A stretch of DNA of 64,000 nucleotides from Candidatus Omnitrophota bacterium (GTDB taxonomy: Bacteria > Omnitrophota > Gorgyraeia > Gygaellales > Profunditerraquicolaceae). The position numbers and the translations under genes were made by a program. Numbering within the stretch: position 1 is the stretch's first letter; each line of letters opens with the position of its first letter. The DNA is taken from NCBI GenBank assembly GCA_026387335.1, contig JAPLLX010000003.1, positions 74,230 through 138,229 of the forward strand, written 5' to 3'. Shown piece after piece: positions 37,081-46,840 of the stretch. The notes under the pieces are model-generated. The model did no database searches, was not told where the DNA came from, and saw only the letters and a program-made list of their open reading frames with translations.

Positions 37081-39125
37081 AGCTTTCTGGCTATCTTCTC
37101 GATTTCATAGCCCTCAATAACATCGCCTTCCATCATCTGATCAAACCCTGCCAGGCTCATCCCGCACTCAAACCCCTCGCCTACTTCCCGGACATCATCC
37201 TTAAATCTCTTTAGTGAAGAAAGTTTACCTTCAAAAACAACCTGGCCGTTTCTGACCAGCTCGATTACGCAATTGCGGGTTAATTTGCCTTTGGTGACAA
37301 AACAACCGGCAATTATTCCGGAACGCGATAATTTAAATACCTTCCTGATATCAGCTTTTCCTAGTAATATTTTCTTTAGCTTCGGCTCAAGCATGCCTTC
37401 AATAGCCGCTTTTATATCGTTAGCCAACTCATAGATAATGCTGTAAGTTTTAACATCTATGCCTTCCTTACTTACCAGATCGCGGGCCAGGTCATCCATG
37501 TCTACATTAAACCCGAGGATCAAAGCATTGGAGGCCATCGCCAGGATAACGTCAGAGTTATTGATGTTGCCGCAGCCGGTGTGGATAAAATCCAACTTGA
37601 TCTCTGAGACGTTCAATTTATTCAAAGTTTCTTTGATCGCCTCCAGAGAACCCTGCACATCCGCTTTGATAATGAGTTTTAATTCCTTGATCTTGCCCTC
37701 CAGTATCTGGGCGTGTAAATCCTCCAGGCTTATATGCTTAATTGACTTTATCAGCTGTAGTTTTTCTTTTTCCAGCCGAGCCATTGCCAGCTCCTTAGCT
37801 TGTTTCTCATCGGCGATAGCAAAGAACTGCTCTCCGGCTGCCGGAACCCCGGATATGCCTAATACCTCTACCGGAACCGACGGAGTAGCGTGAGTCACGG
37901 CTTGAGCGTGATCATTAAACATCGCCCGGATCTTACCGTAAAAATTTCCCACAATAATATTCTCATTTAAATGCAGCGTCCCGTTCTGAACCAGTAAAGT
38001 AGCGACCGGGCCCCTTCCTTTAGACATCTCAGCCTCAATGACTACTCCCTTAGCTAAGCGGTTAGGATTAGCTTTTAACTCCAGCATCTGGGCTTCCAGA
38101 ATAATCATCTCCAGTAGATTATCAATACCCTGGCCGGTCTTGGCCGATACAGGGACAATAATTGTTTTTCCGCCCCAGTCTTCGGGGTTTAAATCCTGTT
38201 TGGCCAACTGTTTTTTGACTATATCTATATCTACTCCGGTCTTATCAATTTTATTAATGGCTACAATTATGGAAACGCCAGCTGCCCGGGCATGGTCTAT
38301 TGCTTCCTGGGTCTGGGGCATTATGCCGTCATCCGCGGCCACCACTAAAACAACTATATCGGTGATACTCGCTCCGCGCGAACGCATAGCGGTAAAAGCC
38401 TCATGGCCCGGAGTATCCAAAAACGTAATCTCTCCGTGCGGCAGGACTACCCTGTACGCTCCGATATGCTGGGTAATGCCGCCATGTTCAGATTCGGCGA
38501 CCTTGGTCTTTCTTATAGCGTCTAATAACGAAGTTTTCCCGTGGTCAACGTGGCCCATGAAAGTGACTACCGGTGAACGGAGTTTTAAATCTTTTGCACC
38601 GTCTTTTATATTATGCACGCTTAGGGCCAGTTCTTCTTCACCGGGAGCTGGCTTAATCTTAAAACGGTACTTTTCGCAAATCTTAGCTACCACTGCTTCA
38701 TCTAAAACCTGGTTTATACCGACCATGATCCGGGAGTCCATAAGGCTTTTAATAATAACCGACGGTTTTTCCTGCAACTTAATGGCCAGGTCCTTAAGGG
38801 TAATGGGAAGCTCCAGCTCTAATTCTTGAAGTTCAATAACCGGCGCGACAGGCGCGACTTTAACCTCAGGTTTAGCTTCAACGGGCTTAACCGGAACTAC
38901 CGGCTCTACCTTAGGGGTTACTTTAGGCTCTATTTTGTGAACAACAGGCGCGACAATAGCGCTCTTTTTAACTGGAAGGACTTTCTTAACTATTTTGGGT
39001 TTAACCGCGGCTACGCTTTTCTTAACCGGCTTAATCGCGCTCTTCGCCGGTTTTACTACTTTCTTAACTTTAGGCTTAGCCTCTTTCTTGACTATCTTTT
39101 TCTCTTTTTTTGTCTTAACAACCAT
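37077..39125 (-). CDS. infB: Translation initiation factor IF-2
   Basis: 682 aa. It has an N-terminal K/V/P-rich low-complexity region, a GTPase domain with 'GHVDHGKTSLLD', 'DTPGH' and 'NKID', and a C-terminal IF2 beta-barrel. Confidence 0.95.
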   Translation of the reverse strand: MVVKTKKEKKIVKKEAKPKVKKVVKPAKSAIKPVKKSVAAVKPKIVKKVLPVKKSAIVAPVVHKIEPKVTPKVEPVVPVKPVEAKPEVKVAPVAPVIELQELELELPITLKDLAIKLQEKPSVIIKSLMDSRIMVGINQVLDEAVVAKICEKYRFKIKPAPGEEELALSVHNIKDGAKDLKLRSPVVTFMGHVDHGKTSLLDAIRKTKVAESEHGGITQHIGAYRVVLPHGEITFLDTPGHEAFTAMRSRGASITDIVVLVVAADDGIMPQTQEAIDHARAAGVSIIVAINKIDKTGVDIDIVKKQLAKQDLNPEDWGGKTIIVPVSAKTGQGIDNLLEMIILEAQMLELKANPNRLAKGVVIEAEMSKGRGPVATLLVQNGTLHLNENIIVGNFYGKIRAMFNDHAQAVTHATPSVPVEVLGISGVPAAGEQFFAIADEKQAKELAMARLEKEKLQLIKSIKHISLEDLHAQILEGKIKELKLIIKADVQGSLEAIKETLNKLNVSEIKLDFIHTGCGNINNSDVILAMASNALILGFNVDMDDLARDLVSKEGIDVKTYSIIYELANDIKAAIEGMLEPKLKKILLGKADIRKVFKLSRSGIIAGCFVTKGKLTRNCVIELVRNGQVVFEGKLSSLKRFKDDVREVGEGFECGMSLAGFDQMMEGDVIEGYEIEKIARKL

Positions 39126-39156
39126 AATCGAGCACCCTCTTCCTGTTTAAATAAAA

Positions 39157-40392
39157 CTATTTTTTACCCTTGGCCGCGGCCATTAATTTCTCGGCTTTTT
39201 TCTCACCTATTCCTTTTATCTTGGTCAAACCTTCTATTTTTGCCGCGAGCAACTCTGCTACGCTATTAATTCCCGCTTCTTTAAGGCTAGCTAAAGTTTT
39301 TTCTCCTATCCCGGATAACTCTTCCAAAGAAATATCCGCCTTCTTCTTTTTCTTTTCTTTCTTAGCCTTCTTTTCCTCCGGCCCGCCGGATAACGCTTCA
39401 GCTGCTTCTTCTTTAGCGGTCTTCGCCTCTTCTTTAGCCGGAGCTCCGGCTGCCGTAGTCTTAGTCCGGATATCTAAATCCCAACCAATGAGTTTAGAGG
39501 CCAGCCGCACATTCTGGCCGTGCTTACCTATAGCTAGCGACAACTGATCATCATCAACGATGACTTCGGCTTTTTGATGTTCTTTATCCAGAGTGATCTG
39601 GGCGACTTTAGCCGGGGAAAGCGCGTTCTTTATATATTCGCGGATATCCTCGTTAAAACGCACGATATCAATTTTCTCTCCGTAAACTTCGTTCACGATG
39701 TTCCTTACGCGGTTACCCCGCATTCCGACGCAGGCTCCCACCGAATCAACTTTATCATTTTTGGAATAAACCGCTATTTTAGTGCGTTCCCCTGCCTGCC
39801 GGGAGATGGCCTTGACCTCGACGATCCCTTCATAAATCTCCGGCACTTCCAGCTCAAAGAGCTTCTTCACCAGAGCCGGGTGCGAGCGCGAAAGAATGAT
39901 CTGCGCGCCCTTGGCATCCTTTTTTACTTCCAATACGTAGGCCCGGACACGCTGGCCCTGCTTAAATTCCTCTTTAGGGGACTGCTCTCTTTTGAGCAAT
40001 ACGCCTTCAGCCTTGCCTAAAAGGTCAATAATAATGTTTCCTTTCTCAAAACGATAAACTGTGCCGCTGACGATTTCGCCTACCCGGCCTTGAAATTCGT
40101 TAAAGATAACGTCTTTTTCCGCTTCGCGCATCTTCTGGATTATTACCTGGCGCGCGGTAGAGGCGGCAATGCGGCCGAAATCAATGGAAGTTATCTCTTC
40201 GGCGTTTTTCCAGGCGCGGATCTTGCCGTTAGAGCGGTCGATCTCGATCTTCAGCTCCTCTTCGGGCTTGACATCAATCACGCGTTTGGCAGCGCTTAAC
40301 ATCGCGCTCTCCACCGCCTGGATTAAAATTTCTTTCTTGATGCCTTTTTCTCTTTCAATTTGTTCGATTATCGCTAACAGTTCCTGACTCAT
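39157..40392 (-). CDS. nusA: Transcription termination/antitermination factor NusA
   Basis: 411 aa with the N-terminal RNAP-binding domain, S1 and two KH domains, plus a C-terminal K/E-rich linker and an HhH acidic repeat. Confidence 0.95.
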   Translation of the reverse strand: MSQELLAIIEQIEREKGIKKEILIQAVESAMLSAAKRVIDVKPEEELKIEIDRSNGKIRAWKNAEEITSIDFGRIAASTARQVIIQKMREAEKDVIFNEFQGRVGEIVSGTVYRFEKGNIIIDLLGKAEGVLLKREQSPKEEFKQGQRVRAYVLEVKKDAKGAQIILSRSHPALVKKLFELEVPEIYEGIVEVKAISRQAGERTKIAVYSKNDKVDSVGACVGMRGNRVRNIVNEVYGEKIDIVRFNEDIREYIKNALSPAKVAQITLDKEHQKAEVIVDDDQLSLAIGKHGQNVRLASKLIGWDLDIRTKTTAAGAPAKEEAKTAKEEAAEALSGGPEEKKAKKEKKKKKADISLEELSGIGEKTLASLKEAGINSVAELLAAKIEGLTKIKGIGEKKAEKLMAAAKGKK

Positions 40393-40407
40393 TTTTAATC
40401 TCCGATC

Positions 40408-40866
40408 TTAAATTTCTTGTTTAGCTTTATTGATCTTAACCAAAGGCACTTCGATAAGGCCGTTTCCCGTATCAACAGCTACTACTCCGCTATCCACCTT
40501 ATGCACAACACCTTCCCACTCAAGCTTAGCCTTAATATAATCGTTTAAGAAAAATCTTACCCGCTTGTTTATTGAACGCTTGAAATCATTCTCCGTCTTT
40601 AGATCCCTGTCTAATCCCGGAGAAGACACTTCCAGAATAAACCTGTTCTCTAAAATATTCTTTTCATCCAGGATAGCGCCTAATTCGCGGTTTAAGCCGG
40701 CGCACTCATCCAGGGTTATCCCGCCGTTAAACTTATCCACCAGGACCCGCAAAAATAAATCCCGGCCTTCATATCTATAGATAAGCTCAACAAAATCTAA
40801 ATTCCGCTCTCTAAGAAAACCCTCTAAGAAAGCCTTAAAGTCGTTGATTAAAACTTCCCTATCCAT
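40408..40866 (-). CDS. rimP: Ribosome maturation factor RimP
   Basis: 152 aa lying immediately upstream of nusA in the conserved rimP-nusA-infB operon. It has RimP-like N-terminal 'LEVSSPGLDR'. Confidence 0.85.
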   Translation of the reverse strand: MDREVLINDFKAFLEGFLRERNLDFVELIYRYEGRDLFLRVLVDKFNGGITLDECAGLNRELGAILDEKNILENRFILEVSSPGLDRDLKTENDFKRSINKRVRFFLNDYIKAKLEWEGVVHKVDSGVVAVDTGNGLIEVPLVKINKAKQEI

Positions 40867-42040
40867 TTACAAGCCTTACTATCTCTTTAAATGCCTCATC
40901 AACAGGCTTAATTATTTTTTCTTTGGACGATCTAACCTTAAATTCCAGTGTGCCGTCCTTAAGCGAATTCTTTCCGACGATTACCTGTAACGGAATACCC
41001 AGAAGGTCAGCATCCTTAAATTTAACCCCGGCCCTCTCGTCCCGGTCATCCAGAAGCGTTTCTATCCCGGCTGATTTTAATTTCTGATAAACATTACTAG
41101 CCAGATCCATAATATTTTTATCCCCGGAGTCTAAAACTAAAATCAGGACTTTATAAGGAGCCAATTCTAGAGGCCAGATAATACCGTCCGCGTCATTATT
41201 CTGCTCGATTACTGCTGAAATCAGCCGGGATACGCCTATGCCATAGCAACCCATGATTATCGGCTGCAGCTTTCCGCTTGCGTCCAGAAAATTCGCGCCT
41301 AAAGCCGCGCTGTATTTTGTCCCCAGTTTAAATATGTGGCCGACCTCGATGGCGTTGACTTTTTCCGCGCCGACCGTAACTACATCCTCGCCGTCTTTGG
41401 CCGGGACCATAAATTCGTGCGAAACTTTACCGCCCATCACCCCAGGATCAGCTTCAGTAGTAATAATATTTAAGCCGCATCTTTTAAATATTCTTAAGTA
41501 GGCCGCGTGCATCGCCTGATAATTCTTATCTAAACCCGCCTCGTCTTGATCAAAACTATAGGCGTCTTTCATAATAAATTCGCACGAACGGATCAACCCG
41601 AAGCGCGGCCGCAGCTCATCGCGGAATTTAGTCTGGATCTGATACAAAACCAGCGGAAGCTGCTTGTAACTGGAAACGTGAGCCCTGACCAGATCCGTGA
41701 TCACCTCTTCGTGCGTCGGGCCCAAACATATTTTTCTGCCCCGGCGGTCGGTAAATTTAATCATCACCTCGCCTAAATCCTTATCCCGGCCTGAACGCTG
41801 CCACAATTCCAACGGCTGTAACGCCGGTAACAATAATTCCGCCGCGTCGCAGGAATTCATCTCCTGGCGGATAATCTTCTTTAAATTCTGGAGCACCTTT
41901 AATCCCAAAGGAAGATAAGAATAGCTGCCAGCCATAAGCATACGCGCCAGGCCCGCGCGCAGCAATAGCTTATGCGCGACAGATTCCGCTTCTTGGGGGG
42001 ATTCTTTTAAGGTCGGAATAAAAGTCTTTGACCAAAGCAT
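40859..42040 (-). CDS. proS: Proline--tRNA ligase (compact form lacking the INS editing domain)
   Basis: 393 aa. The N-terminus 'FIPTLKESPQEAE..HKLLLRAG' is the ProS signature. The class II motifs and C-terminal anticodon-binding domain are present. It is too short to contain an insertion/editing domain. Confidence 0.85.
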   Translation of the reverse strand: MLWSKTFIPTLKESPQEAESVAHKLLLRAGLARMLMAGSYSYLPLGLKVLQNLKKIIRQEMNSCDAAELLLPALQPLELWQRSGRDKDLGEVMIKFTDRRGRKICLGPTHEEVITDLVRAHVSSYKQLPLVLYQIQTKFRDELRPRFGLIRSCEFIMKDAYSFDQDEAGLDKNYQAMHAAYLRIFKRCGLNIITTEADPGVMGGKVSHEFMVPAKDGEDVVTVGAEKVNAIEVGHIFKLGTKYSAALGANFLDASGKLQPIIMGCYGIGVSRLISAVIEQNNDADGIIWPLELAPYKVLILVLDSGDKNIMDLASNVYQKLKSAGIETLLDDRDERAGVKFKDADLLGIPLQVIVGKNSLKDGTLEFKVRSSKEKIIKPVDEAFKEIVRLVNG

Positions 42041-42041
42041 C

Positions 42042-43100
42042 TTATTTAGCGATCTCCTTTAATAAAACATCCACGCAATCAGCATAGGCTACTTTTTTTA
42101 CGGGTTTGCCCTTCTTAAATAACAGGCCGGCGCTCTTTCCAAAGGCTACCCCGATATCCGCTTCTTTTGCTTCTCCCGGGCCGTTTACTACACAGCCCAT
42201 TACAGCTATTCTTAAAGCCTTACGGGATTTTGGTCCCAAAGTCATTGCCGCTAACTTTTCTTCCAATTCTCTTACAATCTTGACTAAATCTACTGCGCAA
42301 CGGCCGCAGGTCGGACAGCTTATTATGCTAGGCCCGAATTTCCGCAAGCCCAATGACTCTAAAATAACCTTGGCCGCATAAACTTCCCGAACCGGGATAT
42401 CCGTCAGGGATACCCTTATTGTATCACCAATCCCGCCTAATAGCAAAGACCCTAAGGCGACGCTGGACTTGATCGCTCCGGCAAACGGAGAGCCTGTCGC
42501 GGTGACTCCCAGATGCAACGGATAATCGCAAAGCCCGGATAGTTTATTATAAGCGCTGACAGTATCCAAAACATTGGAAGCCTTTAAAGAAACAACAATA
42601 TTATAAAATTTAAATCCTTCCACTATTCTTATATATTCCAGCGCGCTCTTAACTAATTTATCCGCCGCGCTCTTAGAGCGCAAATCCCTGACTGAACCGG
42701 AGTTTAATCCGATACGTAAAGGTATCTTAGCGGCTTTTAGGCCGGCTACTACCTCCCGGATCTCTTCTTTCTTGTAAATATTCCCCGGATTAAGCCTTAT
42801 TTTATCTACTCCGCTCTCTATCGCTTCCAGGGCCAGACGATAATCAAAATGAATATCCGCGACTAGCGGTAGCTTAGCTTCTCGCTTAATTTTCTTCAAA
42901 GAGCGGGCATCCTGAATATCTTTAACGGCCAGCCGCACGATCTCACAGCCGGCATTTTCCAACTCGCGGATCTGCTTTAAAACTTTGTCAATATCAGCAG
43001 TCCGGCATTTAGTCATTGACTGTATGGCTACGGGGTTATTCCCGCCGATAAGCAGGTTCCCTATTTTTATTACTCTGGATTTTCTTCTTTTAATCTGCAT
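42042..43100 (-). CDS. ispG: 4-hydroxy-3-methylbut-2-en-1-yl diphosphate synthase (MEP pathway)
   Basis: 352 aa. It has a TIM-barrel N-domain and a C-terminal 4Fe-4S domain with 'CPTCGRC...GCVVNGPGE'. Confidence 0.95.
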   Translation of the reverse strand: MQIKRRKSRVIKIGNLLIGGNNPVAIQSMTKCRTADIDKVLKQIRELENAGCEIVRLAVKDIQDARSLKKIKREAKLPLVADIHFDYRLALEAIESGVDKIRLNPGNIYKKEEIREVVAGLKAAKIPLRIGLNSGSVRDLRSKSAADKLVKSALEYIRIVEGFKFYNIVVSLKASNVLDTVSAYNKLSGLCDYPLHLGVTATGSPFAGAIKSSVALGSLLLGGIGDTIRVSLTDIPVREVYAAKVILESLGLRKFGPSIISCPTCGRCAVDLVKIVRELEEKLAAMTLGPKSRKALRIAVMGCVVNGPGEAKEADIGVAFGKSAGLLFKKGKPVKKVAYADCVDVLLKEIAK

Positions 43101-43102
43101 AT

Positions 43103-44182
43103 CTATTTTATCAGTTTGGCCAGCTTATCCCCGAAATTCCTGACTATATCATTGTAAGTCACAAAAATTACCAGAAACATAATAAAACTTAAGCCTATCT
43201 TATTAATGATATCATCGGCCTTAATGCTTAAGACCTTGCCTCTTATCTTCTCTAAAGCTAAAAGCGCGATATGCCCGCCATCCAGTATAGGCAAAGGCAA
43301 AAGATTAAAAACAGCTAAACTCAAACTTAAGACGGCCATTAAATGCAAGACGGCGATGATCCCCAGTTGAGCGGCTTTAGAAGTAATAAAAAATATCCCC
43401 AGCGGCCCGGTCATGGATTCGCGCATCGATAAACTGCCGGTAACCAGACGGCCTAACGCCTTATAAGTCATAATGGTCAGGCTCCAGGTTTTACTTAAAC
43501 CCAGGCCGAATGATTCCCCAAAACCGTGCCTTACCTTGATTATCTCATCAAAAGGAGTGATGCCTAAAAGGCTTAGTTTATGTTTCTGGCCTGCCTGATC
43601 CTCTAAAACCTCTTCCTTAAGTTTGACCTTGACTGAGAGTTCCTTACCGGCTCTAAGCAAAGAGACATTTACTGAAGCCGCTCCTTTTTTGGAATAAATC
43701 ACTTTTTGCAGGTCTTCCCAATTCTCGGTTTTCTCTCCCTCTATGGAAGTGATCTTATCGCCGACCATCAGCCCCGCTTCTTTGGCCCCGAAATTATCGA
43801 TCAACCCGCCGACTTTTGTACTCAGCGTTGGGTACCCGACAAAGAAAATCATCCAAAAAAGCAAAATACTTAAAACATAATTAAGCAAAGGACCGAAAAA
43901 TATTATCCAAAAACGCTTTCCCGGAGCTTTAGAAAAATATTCGTCGGGTTTACCGCTATATTCCGCTAAATTATCTCCGGCCAGCTTGACAAACCCTCCT
44001 AAAGGGATCGCGCTTAGGCTATACTCCGTGTCGTTTTTCTTCTTACGGAATAAGACTTTGCCAAAGCCCAGAGAAAACTGTTCAACGCGCACTCCCATTT
44101 TCTTGGCGATAATAAAATGCCCGAATTCATGGACCACGATTAAAACGCTTAAAATAAACAGAAATATTATTAAAGTAACCAT
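43103..44182 (-). CDS. rseP: Site-2 protease RseP (M50 zinc metalloprotease with PDZ domain)
   Basis: 359 aa with the 'HEFGHF' HExxH motif in TM1, a central PDZ and a C-terminal 'NLLPLPILDGG' motif. Confidence 0.85.
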   Translation of the reverse strand: MVTLIIFLFILSVLIVVHEFGHFIIAKKMGVRVEQFSLGFGKVLFRKKKNDTEYSLSAIPLGGFVKLAGDNLAEYSGKPDEYFSKAPGKRFWIIFFGPLLNYVLSILLFWMIFFVGYPTLSTKVGGLIDNFGAKEAGLMVGDKITSIEGEKTENWEDLQKVIYSKKGAASVNVSLLRAGKELSVKVKLKEEVLEDQAGQKHKLSLLGITPFDEIIKVRHGFGESFGLGLSKTWSLTIMTYKALGRLVTGSLSMRESMTGPLGIFFITSKAAQLGIIAVLHLMAVLSLSLAVFNLLPLPILDGGHIALLALEKIRGKVLSIKADDIINKIGLSFIMFLVIFVTYNDIVRNFGDKLAKLIK

Positions 44183-44185
44183 AAT

Positions 44186-45340
44186 TTAATTTAACCTCGC
44201 CATCACCTTACGCGCTTGGACCCTGGCCCATTTATCCGCTTCCCAGATATCGCCTAATACGGGATTAGGCTTATTTCTATGCGCCCGCATGACCTTTTGC
44301 ACAACTTCGGCTATATGCATAAATTTCAATTTCTCTTTTAAGAATTCCGCGACAGCTACTTCATTCGCGGCGTTTAAAACGCAGGGCAGCGTGCCTAATT
44401 CCCGGGCAGCCTCGTAGGCTAAACTTAAACAGGGAAATTTCAGGCAATCCGGTTTTTCAAAATGTAACCCGCCGACCTTACAGAAATCTATTCCGCCTAA
44501 CGGGCTTCTCAGTCTCTCTGGGTAAGCCAGGGCGTATTGAATAGGGATACGCATATCGGTAACGGATAACTGCGCGATTATTACTCCGTCAATAAATTCT
44601 ACCATCGAATGGACCAAGGCTTCCGGATGAACCAGCACTTTAATTTTAGGAACATCCACCCCGAATAAAAACATCGCCTCCAACAACTCTAATCCCTTAT
44701 TCATCAGGGTCGCCGAATCCACGCTTATCTTCTTACCCATCTTCCATCTGGGATGCGCCAGCACTTCCTTTAAACGGATTCTTTTTAAGGCCTGCTTGCT
44801 TAATTTACGTAAAGGCCCCCCGGAAGCCGTAAGATAAATATTTTTAAGGCTGCCTCTATCTTCATCCTTAAGGCACTGCCAGATTGCCGACTGCTCGCTA
44901 TCAACAGGTATGATCCTGACCTTTTTTCTAGCGCTTAAGCGCGTAATCAGCGGACCGGCCATAACCAACGCTTCTTTATTGGCCAGGGCAATATCCTTGC
45001 CGCTATCTATGGCGCTTAAAAGCGGCGCCAGCGCGGGTGAGCCGCTTATGGCAAACATTACCTGGTCTATCCGCTTATCCTTGACTAACGCCTCCAGGCC
45101 CTCCGAGCCGGTAAAGACCTTGACCCCGGGCTTGATCATTTTGGAAAGAGCCAGCGCCCGCGCCTTATCGTTCACACAAACACAAGCGGGAGCAAATTCT
45201 TTTATCTGCCTGGATAATTTATCTATATCCGCATTGGCGCTTAAGGCCGTGACCTTAAATTTATCGGGGAAATTACGGATGACCTTAAGCGTATTCTCTC
45301 CGACTGAACCGGTCGAACCCAGTATCGCGATATTCTTCAT
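44186..45340 (-). CDS. dxr: 1-deoxy-D-xylulose 5-phosphate reductoisomerase
   Basis: 384 aa. 'KNIAILGSTGSVG' NADPH-binding N-terminus and Dxr core. It sits in the conserved uppS-cdsA-dxr-rseP order. Confidence 0.95.
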   Translation of the reverse strand: MKNIAILGSTGSVGENTLKVIRNFPDKFKVTALSANADIDKLSRQIKEFAPACVCVNDKARALALSKMIKPGVKVFTGSEGLEALVKDKRIDQVMFAISGSPALAPLLSAIDSGKDIALANKEALVMAGPLITRLSARKKVRIIPVDSEQSAIWQCLKDEDRGSLKNIYLTASGGPLRKLSKQALKRIRLKEVLAHPRWKMGKKISVDSATLMNKGLELLEAMFLFGVDVPKIKVLVHPEALVHSMVEFIDGVIIAQLSVTDMRIPIQYALAYPERLRSPLGGIDFCKVGGLHFEKPDCLKFPCLSLAYEAARELGTLPCVLNAANEVAVAEFLKEKLKFMHIAEVVQKVMRAHRNKPNPVLGDIWEADKWARVQARKVMARLN

Positions 45341-46143
45341 CTAAGGACTACGCTCATATAGAAATAAAAAACAGGAGCGACAAAAAGCAGGCTGTCGATC
45401 TCATCCAGCACTCCGCCCATCCCGGGGAATATTTTCCCTGAATCTTTTACTTCGCAATCCCGTTTGATTAAAGATTCAGAGAGGTCCCCTAACTGACCCA
45501 ATAAACCCATGCAGATACCTAGAACAATAAGATGCGCATACCCAAACCCTAAGAAGGGTTTGCAGATCAGAGCCGTAAGGATATTAAAAATCAACCCGCC
45601 GAAAAAACCTTCCACGGTCTTCTTGGGGCTAATACGCGGCAGAAGCGGAGTCTTGCCGAAACGGCTTCCGATAAGATAGGCGCCTATATCGCCGGACTTG
45701 GTGATCAATAAGACTACGGCTAAAAGGCCCAAACCCCCTTCCAGATACCTTATCTTAATCAGGAAACTAAAAAACCAGGAGACATAAATTATGCCGAATA
45801 TAGTAGTGGAGATATCCACTATAGCCCCGGTGTTACGCCGGCGCTTAAATTGCATAAGAATAAGGAATAACAGGGCCAAAAGAATAAACAGGAATTCCCA
45901 GCCGCGGGTGAGCTCAAAACGAAACATAATGGATAATGGAATGACTATCCCTAAGCCTATACCGAAATATTTATAAGCGCTTATCCCTTTCTTATCCAGC
46001 ATACTGAAAAATTCATAGAGCCCCCCGATAATAAAAAGGGTAACGACTAACCCACAGAGCCAGTCAATAAATATCACGCCGATGATCATACTGATCAGCA
46101 AAATAGAGGTAACTATCCTTTTAGTCATATTATAAACCTCCAA
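45337..46143 (-). CDS. cdsA: Phosphatidate cytidylyltransferase
   Basis: 268 aa polytopic membrane protein with the C-terminal CTP-transferase signature 'SLIKRDCEVKDSGKIFPGMGGVLDEID'. Confidence 0.85.
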   Translation of the reverse strand: MEVYNMTKRIVTSILLISMIIGVIFIDWLCGLVVTLFIIGGLYEFFSMLDKKGISAYKYFGIGLGIVIPLSIMFRFELTRGWEFLFILLALLFLILMQFKRRRNTGAIVDISTTIFGIIYVSWFFSFLIKIRYLEGGLGLLAVVLLITKSGDIGAYLIGSRFGKTPLLPRISPKKTVEGFFGGLIFNILTALICKPFLGFGYAHLIVLGICMGLLGQLGDLSESLIKRDCEVKDSGKIFPGMGGVLDEIDSLLFVAPVFYFYMSVVLR

Positions 46144-46840
46144 ACCTTCTCTCTCTTGATTGATATTCTTTGACTGCTTCTCTTAAATCCTCGGCGCCGA
46201 AATCCGGCCAGAGTTTTTTGGGAAAATATAACTCGGCGTAAGAAAGCTGCCAGAGTAGAAAATTGCTTAGGCGTAATTCTCCGCTGGAACGTATAAGCAG
46301 GTCGGGGTCAGGCAAATCATGGGTATAAAGGTAACGGCTAAACATTTTTTCATCCAGGGCATTTATATCCGCTTTAGAACGCGTTACATCTGCGGCAAAC
46401 GACTTGGCCGCGTCTACTATCTCCTGGCGGGAGCCGTAATTTAAGGCCAGCACAACGGTAAGGCCGGTATTATCCTTGGTTTTTTGCTCTGCCTCTTTTA
46501 TCTTTTTCTGGATAGCTGCAGGCAAGGGCGCGGCCCGGCCAATAGCCCGAAAACGGATATTCTTTTTGTGCATATCCGCTATTTCCGAGCCTAAGAAATT
46601 ATTCAAGTAGCGCATTAAAACACTGATCTCTCTTTGGGGCCTGGACCAGTTCTCGGAAGAAAAAGCAAAAAAAGTTAAAACTTTAATGCCCGACTCTGCC
46701 GCTTCTTTAACGATCTCCCTGACTCTTTTTATTCCTTCCCGATGCCCCGCAGTGCGCGAAAGAGAGCGCGCCTTTGCCCAGCGGCCATTGCCGTCCATAA
46801 TAATAGCTACGTGCTTAGGTATACTATTTTTATCTATCAC
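46130..46840 (-). CDS. uppS: Ditrans,polycis-undecaprenyl-diphosphate synthase
   Basis: 236 aa. It has 'HVAIIMDGNGRWA' and 'ALNYG' cis-prenyltransferase motifs. Confidence 0.95.
   Translation of the reverse strand: MIDKNSIPKHVAIIMDGNGRWAKARSLSRTAGHREGIKRVREIVKEAAESGIKVLTFFAFSSENWSRPQREISVLMRYLNNFLGSEIADMHKKNIRFRAIGRAAPLPAAIQKKIKEAEQKTKDNTGLTVVLALNYGSRQEIVDAAKSFAADVTRSKADINALDEKMFSRYLYTHDLPDPDLLIRSSGELRLSNFLLWQLSYAELYFPKKLWPDFGAEDLREAVKEYQSRERRFGGL

Noticed and set aside
38038-39269. Long plus-strand ORFs (263 aa and 147 aa) and other plus-strand ORFs throughout the track
   Set aside because: All lie antisense inside strongly supported minus-strand genes (here infB and nusA). They have low-complexity, Ser/Arg/Leu-rich translations typical of antisense frames of A/K-rich genes and no start or RBS context. 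They were judged spurious. The same applies to 567-809, 1055-1339, 11596-12048, 18256-18666, 23559-23945, 24001-24441, 53100-53450, 61906-62400 and similar.
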